DNA of 64,000 nt, taken from the NCBI GenBank assembly GCA_951406725.2, contig OX597830.1, positions 67,084,001-67,148,000 of the forward strand. Direction: 5' to 3'. Shown piece by piece: positions 38,604 to 51,912 of the stretch (position 1 is the first letter of the stretch; each line of letters begins with the position of its first letter). The DNA is from Octopus vulgaris (taxonomy: Eukaryota). A model generated the notes under the pieces. The model saw only the letters and a list, made by a program, of their open reading frames with translations, had not been told where the DNA came from and did no database searches. A program made the translations under genes and the position numbers.

Positions 38604-39999
38604 GCATGGTAAAGCAGACATGAAATGATAATAATGATTGTCAAATATCTCTTGTGAACCAGTCTATTTCTCATTTACTCTTCTGTTTGTAAACATTGTG
38701 TTACTGTTATTTACATATATGGAATTTATTTTAGTATAAAACAATGTCACCTTATTATAATAATGTTCAGCACCAATTCATTACCTACTGGCCACTATTG
38801 ATTCATCAATAGAACAATGAGTTAGTGACCGGCTGCTATTGCAATCTACATACATATAATTGATGAGATGTTGTTCAGTAACTTACAGTTCTGTCAGTGT
38901 TTGCTTTGGCCTTTTGAAGCTTCTAGGATCGATGTGGTGCAAAAATAAAACAATAAAATTCTATCGAAATGTTCAAACAAATCTGCTTAACTAGAAGCAA
39001 CAGAAGCTATCAGACAGCTTTAAGACGGAACAATGACAACAGCTACGATAACAACAACAATAGCAACAACAATGACTTACAAGTATAACAGTTAAGTGGA
39101 TTGAATCAACGAGATTGTAATTTTGTTTAACAACTACAATCTTATCTGTTGAGTCTTGAGAGGAAATGGAATGTCAGTATAGAGTAATAATGATTTCCAA
39201 CGTTGGCGGAAAGGCTTCAAACATTGGGCGATAGGTACAGTTAGTTAAATTGACCTCAGTACTTGACTGGTACATTTTTTGGTTTTGTTTTATTATCAGC
39301 TTTGGATGAACGAAAGACAAAGGTAATTTTGGTAAGATTTAAACTTAGATGTCATAACTAAATACCACAAAGGAGACACTTCTGTCTTGCACTCTGCTAG
39401 GTTGGTCAATCCAAGAAATATTGAGTAAGCAAATATGATGGATTTGCGTCGCCTTACTGGCACTTGTGCTGGTGGCACGTGAAAAAACATTCGAGCGAGG
39501 TTGTTGCCGGTCCGCTGGACTGGCTCCTGTGCAGGTGGCACATAAAAGGCATCATTTGAGCGTGGCCGTTGCCAGTACCACCTGACTGCCCTTCCTAATG
39601 CCAACCACTTTACAAAGTGTACTGGGTGCCTTTACGCAGCACTGGCTCTGGTGAATTTATGTGGCACCAGTATGAGTATTTTTTTACATGACACCAGAAC
39701 CCACAAGCCTGCAAGGTTAGGAATTCTCAGCTGGAGAGGGAGTTCGTGTGGAGACACATGGCTTAGTGGTTAGGATGTTGGACTCCTGACTGTAAGATTG
39801 CAGTTTCAATTCCTGGACTGAGCACTGCACTGTGTTCTTGAGCAAAACTCTTCATTTCATACTGCTCCAGTCCACTCAACTGGTAGAAATGAGTAATCCT
39901 GCAATGAACTGGAATCCTGTCAGGGAGGAATATATACATCAGAGAAACTGGGGAAGCAGCCTTGAGCTCCTTTTGAAGTAATGTGGACTAACCGATGTA

Positions 40000-40179
40000 C
40001 CATATTTTAACATGTTATATGGATCCCGTTTTTGTCAAACATTTGGTTTAAAAAATATGGGAGTTTCTTATACATGGATAGTATTTTTATCCCTAACAAA
40101 ACCTTTTTTCCAAATTTTAAGCCCTCCAAATTAGGGGGTTCCTTATACACAAGGATTCCTTATACATGTTAAAATATGG
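40000..40179. mobile_element. Tc1/mariner (pogo-like) MITE, followed by SINE B at 40184-40400 with TSD AAAATATGGTATT
   Basis: TA|CCATATTTTAACATGT ... ACATGTTAAAATATGG|TA. Confidence 0.8.
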
Positions 40180-43100
40180 TATTCTGCTGGCGAGCATGCC
40201 AGGCGAAATGCTTAGCGGTATTGCATCTGTCGCTATGTTCTGAGTTCAAATTCCGCTGAGGTCAACTTTGCCTTTCATCCTTTTGGGGTCGATTGAATAA
40301 GTACCAGTTATGCACTGGGGTTGATATAATCGACTTAATCCATTTGTCTGTCCTTGTTTGTCCCCTCTGTGTTTAGCCCCTTGTGGGCAGTAAAGAAATA
40401 AAAATATGGTATTTAAAGCTCCCTGCATTAGATATTTTGACACTTACTTAACATTAATATGTCTGGAACAAACAACATTATCTAACATGTCATTCATTAC
40501 TGAATTCAATATGATGTTGCTTGATGAGGATTTAGCTGCCATTTCTACCAGGTCATGCTTCTAAGTTGAGAGACTCCCGTTGGTGTAAACTTTATTGCTT
40601 TACTAACTAACGTGTGTTTCACATCTCAGGCAAGCTGCCTTGCAGGGCTTTGTCTACTAAATACTTTAAAGTCAAAAGAATTTTGAAACATAGTAGAGTA
40701 GGAGGCTTGAGTTGGAAGCCCCGAAGACGAACGTGATCAAGCCTCAGAAAAACAGTATTAATGAACCAGCAACAGAGAATTCATTCTGATTGTTTTGCAT
40801 GGAAATAGGTGACAATGCTGTTCATGTAGTCGGGACAACCGATGCATTTCAGATTCATTTGTTCGGTTCAAGAAGGTTGCAGGCATGGCTGTGTTGTGAA
40901 AAGTCTTCTTCTCAACCACATGGTTCCAGGTTCAGTCCCACTGTGTGGCACACTGAGCTAGTGTCTTCTACTGTAGCCTCCAGGCCAACCAAAGCCTTGT
41001 GAATGGATTTGGTTGATGGAGACTGAAAGAAGCCTGTCATATATGTGTGTATGACTTTGTGTTTGGGTAATAGTTGTCCCACCACCACCACTTGACAATT
41101 GGTGTTGGTTTGTTTACATCCCTGTAACTTAGCAGTTTGGCAAAAGGGACTGATAGAATAAGTACCAAATTTAAAAAAAATAAGTACTGTGTGTGTGTGT
41201 GTGTATCTATGTATATATAGTTTCTGCCCACCAAATTTATTCACAAGGTTCGGGTCTGTAGTAGAAGTCACTTGCTCGAAGCGCAACCCTGCAAGACTGA
41301 ACCTGGAACCACATAGTTCTGAAACAGACTTCTTTACCACACAGCCACAGCTGGACTTAAACAGAAAGAACCAGAGGTTGGTGGGTAGCAGAAATTTTGG
41401 TAAACTTCAGCCACAAAATATATGGAAGTTCTTTGGAAGACAGTTGTATCATTTCCTTCTGAGCAGGAATGGTACACAGTCTACTATTCAAAGTAGCAGA
41501 GACTGTTATAATGCAGACAAAGGCTGTAGCATGTCAGTGGGCCAGTTAGCTTGTATTTATAGTGTGTTGTTGTTATTTAGCCCCAGGTCATCCTAGACTG
41601 CATATATTTATTGTCAAAGTGATTCTAGCCATGAACATCCTATTTCTTTTATTCAGGCATTGAAAGACAGGATCACATTATCCAATGCGTCATCTGTGCT
41701 GGCGGCTTTATCTCATATCTGAAAATTTAGTTTCTTCTTTGCTGAATGCTTCCTTTATGGTGATGGTGTTGATGACTCTGTCGACCAATTCTTGCATAGA
41801 AAAGTCAATGGCATTGACTGCATGGTAATGTTGGTGGAAGATGAAGTTTATTTTGTCAAACCTTTCTCTCCTGTCATTTGATTTCTTCCTTTTCTCTTCT
41901 AGTCACCTTGAAGTACCAGCGTGTACCTCCCGACTGCTATTTCTAACTTGTGGAGTGACCACACATATAGCATGTTGGTGACTGAAGCTTTATCTTCTGG
42001 TCCCCCCAAGATACGTTTTTTTTTGGGGGGGGGGGGTCTAGAATGTGTGTGAAGTAGCCCCATCATCCCAAATATTTGAGCAGCCACTAGGGGTCAGTAA
42101 TAATATAATATCCAATTCTAAGGATGTTAAGTGACCTTGAAGAAAGAAGCTACCATTTTTCTTGAAGGGCATCAAAACTTGCGAAGCCTAAATTTTGAAC
42201 CATAGATTATTTATTAGGTAGGGTAGCTGACAACTAACCAAGAGGTTGGTGGTTTCTATTCTGTCCTCATTCCTCTGTACTGCATCCATAATCAAAGTAC
42301 TTAACCCTCTTAAGGCCCAGTCCACTTATCTATAAATAAACACTGTTGGTTAGAACCATCGTTGCTTTTGTTGTTTGTTTAACCCTGGACCTGTTCCAGT
42401 TTTGTAGACATATGATCAGAGACATTCCATCCGTGACATTTGCATTCTTTATTAGTTTTTAACTTACTTAGGGCTATGTTATATAATGTATCCATCTTTT
42501 TAAAAATTGAAAGGTGTGATTTGTGTATGATTTAGCTGCTATTTCTTGCAGGTCAAGCAACTATACAGAAGGGTCCCCCCTTTGCTTACTAGCAATATTA
42601 TCGTTTTGATGAATGACTTATTAACTTGCAGTGCTGAGCTACTAATCAAGCAGAAATGATTTATTTCTCAAATAATTAACACTACAAAAACTGAACCATA
42701 AAGTGAAACTCTATATAGCTGTTTGACCTGTTAGAAATAACAGCCAACCATTTTTTTAAATGTATTTTTTTTAATGTATTTTTTAAAAATATAAATTCTT
42801 TAATTCTTTAAAATATAAATACTTTAAAGAATTCATTTGATAACATTGTCCAAAATATATAGCCATGACTGGATGGCCATGACTTAAGTATCTTTGGTCA
42901 TAAGTCTGCTCAAGCAGAATTGACCTGAGGGTTAAACAGCAAAAATTGGAAATAAACCCTGGATTATATGGATCCTTGGGTTTTGGAAGAGAATTAGATT
43001 TTATTTCATCTTAGTGATTAGAGTTCAAGAAGAATGGAATGAATTCTAGTGAATTGCTACTTACAGTTTACTTACTGGGTTTCGATTCCCAGACCGGGCG

Positions 43101-43398
43101 TTGTGTGTGTTTATTGAGCGAAAACACCTAAAAAGCTCTACGAGGCTCTGGCAGGAGTGGGTGGTGACCCCTGTTGTACTCTTTCACCCCAACTTTCTCT
43201 CACTCTTTCTTCCTGTTTCTTGAGTAACGCTGCGATGGACTGGCGTCCCGTCCAGCTGGGGGGAAAGCATACGCCATAGAAACCGGGAAACCGGGCCCAT
43301 GAGCCTGGCTAGGCTTGAAAAGGGCGCATAAGTAAAAAAATATAAATATTACTAGTATACTAGTATATTACTAGTAATATTACTAGTATATATACTAC

Positions 43399-43773
43399 GT
43401 GGAGGCGCAATGGCCCAGTGGTTAGGGCAGCGGACTCGCGGTCATAGGATCGCAGTTTCGATTCCCAGACCGGGCGTTGTGAGTGTTTATTGAGCGAAAA
43501 CACCTAAAAGCTCCACGAGGCTCCGGCAGGGGATGGTGATGATCCCTGCTGTACTCTTTCTCTCACTCTTACTTCCTGTTTCTGTTGTACCTGTATTTCA
43601 AAGGGCCGCCTTGTCACTCTCTGTGTCACGCTGAATCTCCCCGAGAACTACGTTAAGGGTACACGTGTCTGTGGAGTGCTCAGCCACTTACATGTTAATT
43701 TCACGAGCAGGCTGTTCCGTTGATTCGGATCAACCGGAATCCTCGTCGTCGTAACCGATGGAGTGCTTCCATC
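43399..43773 (+). mobile_element. SINE family C, young
   Basis: 11-bp TSD ATATATACTAC; CpGs retained. Confidence 0.92.
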
Positions 43774-43988
43774 ATATATACTACATTCACGGAGTGGTTG
43801 GCATTAGGAAGGGCATCCGGCTGTAGAAACACTGCCAGATCAGACTGGAGCCTGGTGCAGCCTTCTGGCTTCCCAGACCCCCGTCAAACCGTCCAACCCG
43901 TGCTAGCGCGGAAAACGGACGTTAAACGATGATGACGATGATGATGATTTCATTAATTTATAAATGCTTTTTTTCTTTATCATTACAG

Positions 43989-44165
43989 ACAGTGCCTATG
44001 CTTTTGATGACAGCTCTAGTGAGAGTGAAGATGAAATTATTAAAAGATATCAACATTCCTTCAAAACTGAACAGAAGAAGCTTGAAAAAGAGGTCCTTAG
44101 TAGTCAAAGTATAAAACGAACAAAGAGTACCAAAAGCAATGATTTACCATCACAAAACAGCACTG
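43989..44165 (+). CDS. Internal coding exon of an uncharacterised Ser/Lys/Glu-rich protein
   Basis: Acceptor TTTTTCTTTATCATTACAG, 177-bp open frame DSAYAFDDSSSESEDEIIKRYQH...PSQNST, donor G|GTAAAT, phase 1-1, non-repetitive sequence. Confidence 0.75.
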
Positions 44166-44639
44166 GTAAATTTCTTTCTTTATTAAAGAATTTATGTGTG
44201 TATGTATGTGTGTAGGTCTTTTAATTCTCAAGTTTCTAACTTAGCATTGGGTTAAATTGATCTAGAAATTAGGGCACCTTGCTTCCATTGTTGATGCAAA
44301 TCTTTTCAATCATATGATTTTTAGTGCTAAGTATTCAACCATAATTAGAAATGGTACCTTGTTGAGGAATGGTATAATGTTGTGTACAGAATTTCACTGT
44401 AGAATTTTGACTCGTTCTTCAATTCAAAACTTCGCTACTCTTTTATCTTTTTAACAGTGTGTCTCAACCAAGCATGGGCAACCTTTTTTTAAGAAGTAGG
44501 CCACATGAGATATAGCTGATCATTAGCAGACAGCACTCTAAAAACTTCAAGATAATTGCTCACTGGACATGCCAATTAGAAAGTCCCATGGGCCACAGTT
44601 TTCCTGTGACTAGTCTAGACCAACATTTCGATACCTTCG

Positions 44640-44954
44640 CTTGTTATTCTCTTTAAGTGAACATTTTTCTCATTGAAATACACCGAAAAATGGCGATACA
44701 GCAGTAAAAAAATCGTAAAAAAATAGGGATTTTCACAGAAAAAAAGCACCACTTTGATGTAAATAATTTTTGGTCTTAACACGGTCCAATTTGAATTTTA
44801 TCTTCTACGCAATGAAGAGCAAGCCTTCTTCTATCATACTCTCAATTTTGGTCAACTTGCGCCACAGAGTCTCGGAGGGGATAGTGTTAGTTGAAGGCTA
44901 CCAAACCTGCCACACACACACACACAGTCAACTTCAGCTTTATATATATAGAGA
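44640..44954 (-). mobile_element. Helitron-like 5' fragment
   Basis: Minus strand starts ATCTCTATATATATAAAGCTGAAGTTG..TGTGTGTG, like the other Helitron 5' ends here. Confidence 0.55.
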
Positions 44955-45437
44955 TTTATATGCTTTCAAATGTGTTTCGAGAATGTATAAATATGGTTTC
45001 ATAAACTGAACTAATTGATTTTATTGTTGTTTCAATTGTCACATAAATCATTAGTGGTTTTAATCATTGAGAAATGTGTCACATTTTTCCTAATCACCAA
45101 GAAGAGTTCATTTCTTTTTAATCTCTTAGAATAATCTATCCAGAGTCATGCTGTTCTACAACTTTTGCTACTCTTTCAACCTTCTGACTGACAAGTCTAA
45201 AAGCTATTTTGTCATATTCAATTCTTTATAGATTTTGTTTTCCCTCTTTTGTATAACATTGTACTGTACTATTAAATACTGTGCTATATTATAAAGTATT
45301 GTGTCATACTTTATTATATTCCATTGTACTATACTATAAAGTATTGTATGCTAATGCACACTACCATACATTGTACATTTTGTTTTGTTTTACACTAGTG
45401 TTCACTGTATGTACTATAATGATGGTGACCATTTTAA

Positions 45438-45592
45438 CCCTTTCGTTACTGTATTTATTTTGACCTTAGTCACAATTTATGTTCCTAACACTAGATGAAT
45501 GATAACTAAATTATTTTACCAAATTTTTTGTTGTATTTAAAGTAATTGAAAGAAAAACAGAGCATCTCAAAATAAATTCAGTAACAAAAGGG
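45438..45592. mobile_element. piggyBac-type MITE
   Basis: TTAA|CCCTTTCGTTACTG ... CAGTAACAAAAGGG|TTAA. Confidence 0.85.
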
Positions 45593-46864
45593 TTAAGTAT
45601 CATTTTGACATCACCTGACCACATGTCATCTTTCTGTAGTCCTGCTATGATTACCTGTCTATACTATGAGACAAAAGTCACAGCTACCCAAGGATTACAT
45701 TGTTTCCATTATCTCTTGTTCTCTCTCTTGTGTTACTTTAACTCATTAACTGGCACACAAATGTATAGTCGGTATGAAGGCACATGGCTCAAAGGTTAAA
45801 GTGTTTGGCTCTCAATCATGAGGTAGTGGATTTGATTCTTGGATCAAGCTGTGTGTTGGATTCTTGAGCAAGACACTTTACATTGTTCCAGTTCATTCAG
45901 CTGTAGAAATGAGTTGCGACCTCACTGGTGTCAAGCAGTATTGGCATTCACCTTTCCCTTGAATAACATCGGTGGTGTGGAGAGAGGAGGCAGGTATGCA
46001 TGGGTAACTGCTGGTCTTTGGTAAACAGTCTTGCTTGGACTTGTGCCTCAGAAGGTGCAATCCCATAGTCATTCATGACCAAAGGGGGTCTTAGGTAGGT
46101 CTTATAATTATAGCCTGTGTTTTAGATGTGTCTTTGGTTTTACAGGGACAATAGATAGTGCCATAATTTTAGCCATTTTCACTTGTGAGAACTCCTGATA
46201 TTATCCTAGAGAACCTGTAAAACTACTTGACATGATGGAAAATTTAGTTTGCTCCCATCCTTTTGCAAACAGAGAAATATAATTTTCCTCATTGCTTTCT
46301 CTTGGATTAGGTCCTGTGACAAAGAAATGCTGCTTAATTTTACAAAATATTCCTTCTAACATATTTTTCTTGTAACTGAAAAATCTAGAAATTCCATTTG
46401 ATCAGTTTTTGTGTGAAGAAAAGATTTGCCTTAACACAACTGCTGTATGAATTGTCCACAGTATTTGAAATCCCGTGGGAGTTACAGGTGTTCATATCCT
46501 TTTATTCTTATGCATTCAGTTGTGTTTTGAATCTGTGAAGTTTTTTTCTCTTCATCATTTTTTCTTTTTTTTTTGCAATTTTAATCTTTAGCTTTGTTAC
46601 ATGATTATGCGAGGTAACCCTTTTGGATGTGAAAAACATGCATGTCAATAATTTCTTTTTTAAATTTGTGAAACAAACCTCTTTTCTTTTTGTTGTTGTT
46701 CTGCCCCCAGGTATTAAGTGCAGGACTTCCTTAGGCATAATTCTTTTTTTTATAAGTACTTCATTGAAAGTTTATTTGGTAATACTTGAATAGCTTGTGT
46801 TTCGAATGCAGAAGCAAAGAGACATCTCCACACCACAAGGGTCACATATTACAATGATAATAAT

Positions 46865-46903
<39 letters not shown>

Positions 46904-47147
46904 AATAATAATAGTAATAATAGTAATAATAATAATAATCCTTTCTACTAAAAGCACAAGGACTGAAATTTGGTGGGGAGGGAACTAGTCGATTACATCA
47001 ACCCCATTGTTTCACTGGTATTTAATTTATTGATCCCCAAAAGGATGAAAGGCAAGGTCGACCTTCATGGAATTTGAAGACATGAAATGCTGCTAAGCAT
47101 TTTGCCCAGTGCTAACAATTCTGCAAGTTTGCCAACTTATGTGACAA

Positions 47148-47732
47148 ACTTATTGAAAATCATAGCAGAAAATTTTCCTGAAATTTCACTTGTGAGAACT
47201 TCTCTTGATATGTTCTAGAGAACCTACTTGACATGATAGAAAATTTAGTTTGCAAGTATTTTCTCTCACATGGAATTTCTAACATACTGTCTACACCACA
47301 TACTGTTTATTCATCACACCAGAAACATTCGTTTCTGTTTTGTCGACCAATTTTTTCAGAAATGTTTATGTTTACAGCAGTTTGAACTTACCAGTACCAC
47401 AGGAACTAACAGCACAGATAACAATGCTGTACTCACCACAAACAAACATAATTCCTACAGTTCAACAAATTCATATCATTAATCTCCAAGCTGGTCCATA
47501 TGATTGTGGTCTTTTTGCCCTGGCGTATGCATTTGAACTGGTCATTGGAAACTCTCCAGAGAAGTTTTTATTTGATCAGTCAAAAATGTTAGCACATTTA
47601 AGATTTTGCCTCGAAAACAATAAATTTGACCCTTTCCTCGAAAGTAAAGTTTTTTTCAAATGCCAACAAAAGCCACAGAAGTCACTCACTTTCTATCACC
47701 CACCCAGAGATGGATTATTCTTAGAAAGATGA
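47148..47732 (+). pseudogene. Ulp1/peptidase C48-like cysteine protease domain, decayed
   Basis: LKIIAENFPEI...ILFIHH...FV..ST...VYVYSSL...LQAGPYDCGLFALAYAFELVIGNSPEKFLFDQSKMLAHLRFCLENNKFDPF. The Q-x4-DCG.FA.A.A and FDQS.M..HL..C motifs are typical of transposon-borne Ulp1 domains. Confidence 0.75.
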
Positions 47733-50700
47733 CTAAAAGATTTGACTTCTCACATGAATATTCAGAGCAATTTTTTATCACCCAGTAGGTTCTGTGTTTT
47801 AAGTGAAGACTTCAAGCAAAACCCGAAAGGTAATCAGGAATCTAATGAAAGTAAGACTCTGAAAATCATTTTCCCAAGAAAATCCATCACACTAGAGAAT
47901 AAGTCAGTCATAAATTTATCTAAACTAAAACTTTCACCAAACGATATCTCTGTCTTAGAGCTTGGAATGAGTTTTTGCCCAAACACTAAGAATTTTGACA
48001 AGAATAAACTAGCTCAAGGGCTATTTCGGTTTGTCTGCCGTCACAAGCTGAAGGAATATTTTTTTGAAAAATATGATTATGCAGAGACAGAAAACCTTAT
48101 GCTTACTGAAACTAAAAATGATGATGATCGAATCTGGCATAATTGGATTGGAAAGAATTCCAGTTAGTATCCAGATAAAGTTCAGGAAGGACGTTCACAA
48201 CCACTACTGGAATTTCTTGAATTTTGTCGGACAGGCATTAGGGAAAGCCTTAAAATAAGTGGAAAGAAGTCCTGGAACAACCTCACAAATTTCCAACGTT
48301 ACGCACTCCAACGTTTAGCTAATAACAATTCTATTGTTATTAAGATGGCGGATAAGGGAGGCGCTATCGTAATTATGGACAAAAGTGAGTATATTTTGGC
48401 TTGTGAAGAAGTTTTAAGCGAAAAACTTAAATGAAGAATTATCTGTTGATCCAAACTCCAATTACAGAGAGGAACTTGACAAAATAATTCTGGAAATGGA
48501 GGAAAACAATTTCATTAATAAGGCTGAATCCAGGATTTTACAGTCAGGAAAAAGAACACCTGTATTTCATGGTCACACCAAAATACACAAAAAGTTCAAC
48601 AAAAGATTTCCTTCAATGCACCCAGTTTGCAGTAGATATGAATGTTGTACTGCCAAAATTTTGGAGTGGCTGGATGGCCTTCTACTCCCTGTCACAAAAA
48701 GATCAAGTTCCTATATTCAGAATACTTTTGATTTTGTGTCTAAAAGGGAATGTCAACAACTGTTTTTTGGTAACCATGGATGTTTCTTCCTTATATCCCA
48801 ATACTGACCATGTTGAAGGGGTAGAAACATGCATGAATGCCTTCGAAAAATGGTCAAACAAAAGTATTCCATCAAATTTTCTCTGTAGGCTATTGAGGTT
48901 TGTGTTACTTTGTAGCACAATGAAGTTTGGACAAAAATTTTACCACCAGACGAAGGGTTGCCAACAGACATGGGTATCCCCATGGCAGTTAATTTCACTA
49001 ATGTCTTCATGACGAAATTCGAGACACAGTTACTGAAGACATTCAAATCCCTACATGGTCATGAGCCAATTCTCTGGTTACGGTTCATTGATGATGTATT
49101 TTTTTGTCTGGGAAGGATCACAGGATAGTTTAATGGACTTCTTGCATTTCTGTGACTGTTATGCTAAAAACTATGGCTTTAAGTTCAACATAAAACTTAC
49201 GCCTAGTTTTTCAAAAACTACTATCCTTAAATCCTTAAAAATGTTTCAGCCTGAAGGCTGCGGATATGCTGGGGCACCATGAATTTTTGGGTACAAGTTA
49301 AGTTTTCTGGTGGCAGAGTTATTTTGTAAGCCCACGTCATCTCACATTTACCTCTACTTCCACTCTGATCATCCACATTTACTTCCACTGCCACTCTAAT
49401 CATCCACATCATAAAATTTGGTCAAATTTGAAATCTCAATTTTCGAGGATAAAATGGATTTGTACTGATATAGGGGATTACTGGAAACATGCAAGTGCTT
49501 TTATACACCATTATGACCAATGCAGTTACAGTGAATCATGATTAATGGAAATTGCAAATGACATAGCTAAGACTAACAAGGAAAGTCGAACTTTCATGCA
49601 TGATATTAGCAAACAATATATCACAGAATTCCTTTAGGGATTAACTGGCACCGAAATTTCGCTGGCGTTTCAAAAGTGTTATATGCAAGTTACCAGTATG
49701 TTATGGAAAAATATCCTCGTTTCAAACAGATATTTCCTCTCGTGGAAGCGCCATCCACCCAAAATGCAAATATATGGGAAACTACCACCTGTGTCATCTC
49801 TTGTGAAAGGTAGGAGAGTCCAGTTTGCTGGACATTGTTGTAGAGCTGAAAAAGAGGTAATTTCTACTCTTCTCCTCTGGAAGCCATCTGGTCACGATAC
49901 CAGAGGGCGCACACTCTCCTACCCTGATGTAATCTCCAGAGATACAGGCATCCAGCAGCAGGACCTCCGTAATGCCATGATGGACCGTGAAGTCTGGCGT
50001 GGCATGGTAAATTCCATTGTCTCGACCACGGTCGAACAATGATGATGATAGTAGCCTTTAGATGGAATAAAAAATATAAGAGAACTATTAACCTGTACTT
50101 CTGACTCCAAGAAAACTGACATTGGAGTTTCTGCATGCTGAACCTTGAAAAAACAGTTGCAAAAGAGGTAAGCCGAGTTCAGTGTGCAACAACAAGAGTC
50201 AATCAAGTCAATTCCATCAGGAATCTTAATAGAAATGTTATGATTTATATGAAAGGTGGGACATGTAGAGATTCCCATTTGCTGTACGCAACAGAATGCA
50301 CCAAATATAATTTGACTTATGTTGGTTGTACAACAGAACAATTAAACGAAAGATTCAATGGACACAGTTATGACATCAGACACAATAACAGTAGTTCGAC
50401 AGAACTTGCTGAACATTTTACATCAAACGGCTGCAATTTTGAAAAAGACTAGAAAGTGTATATTCTCAGAAAATATTCTGAATCTGCCACACTTTCAGTA
50501 CTCAAAATGCATAAGGAGCAATATGTTTGTGACTTATTAACATCACGTCCTGAAGGGATGAATAAAATGACAGGGGAATTTTATCATATTTACACAAAAC
50601 CGTTTGATTAAATATTCTTCTTTTCCTTTTTCTTTTCTTTTCTTTTTTCTCTTTTTTTCTTTTTTTTTTGCCAGTTGTAAAATCGAAAATTGAAGACTGA

Positions 50701-50872
50701 TGATGTTATTCCATCAACGTGGGAATGCAGGTTGCCCTCATTCAAACTTTTGAGTTTGAATTTCTATGTACCACTTTTCATTTTGAACTTGACAAAGACA
50801 CGCAAGCTGTTGAAATATTCAAACCAATAAAATATCTATTGCAATCGCATCACACTCTTTGTATTGTCTATT
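47733..50872 (+). mobile_element. Penelope-like retroelement, near-complete RT + C-terminal GIY-YIG, pseudogenised
   Basis: In order: VINLS..LS...SVL.LGMSFCP; IVIKMADKGGAIVIMD; KIHK; SYIQNTFDF; VTMDVSSLYPN; MGIPMAVNFTNVFM; RFIDDVF; KPT..YL..SDHP; SQ.SRI..IC; GGTC..LLYATEC..YVGCT..LNERFNGH..AEHF..PEGMN. Many stops and frameshifts. Confidence 0.93.
49737..50048 (+). mobile_element. RTE-clade LINE 3' end nested in the Penelope element
   Basis: SWKRHP...YGKLPPVS...RRVQFAGHC.R...LLLWKP....M.DREVWR*, then a (GAT)n tail. The host frame resumes with IVAFRWNKNIRELL. Confidence 0.88.
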
Positions 50873-50888
50873 TAATAATAATAATAAT

Positions 50889-50950
<62 letters not shown>

Positions 50951-51146
50951 TGATGATGATGATAATAATAATAATAATAATGATGATAATAATAATAATA
51001 ATAATAACAATAATAATAATAACAATAATAATAATAACAATAATAATAAATAACAATAATAATAATAATAACAATAATAATAACAATAATAATAATAACA
51101 ATAATAATAAATAATAATAATAATAATAATAATAATGATGATAATG

Positions 51147-51195
<49 letters not shown>

Positions 51196-51230
51196 TGATA
51201 ATGATAATAATAATAATAATAATAATGATG

Positions 51231-51267
<37 letters not shown>

Positions 51268-51363
51268 TAATAATAATAACAATAATAATAAATAACAATA
51301 ATAATGACAATAATAATAACAATAATAATAACAATAATAATAATAACAATAATAATAAATAAC

Positions 51364-51452
<89 letters not shown>

Positions 51453-51642
51453 TGATGATAATAATAATAATAATAATGATGATAATAATAATAATAATAA
51501 TAACAATAATAATAATAACAATAATAATAATAACAATAATAATAAATAACAATAATAATAATAATAACAATAATAATAACAATAATAATAATAACAATAA
51601 TAATAAATAATAATAATAATAATAATAATAATGATGATAATG

Positions 51643-51691
<49 letters not shown>

Positions 51692-51726
51692 TGATAATGA
51701 TAATAATAATAATAATAATAATTATG

Positions 51727-51766
<40 letters not shown>

Positions 51767-51862
51767 TAATAATAATAACAATAATGATAAATAACAATAA
51801 TAATGACAATAATAATAACAATAATAATAACAATAATAATAATAACAATAATAATAAATAAC

Positions 51863-51912
<50 letters not shown>

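Noticed and set aside
43401-43475. tRNA-like sequences with A/B boxes (also at 5480-5548, 12240-12314 and 56614-56690)
   Set aside because: SINE heads continuing into SINE bodies with TSDs; no proper acceptor stem or terminator.
47730-47732. Selenocysteine or programmed readthrough at the TGA between the protease and RT regions
   Set aside because: The element has many other stops (TAG, TAA) and frameshifts, so ordinary decay is sufficient; no SECIS identified.
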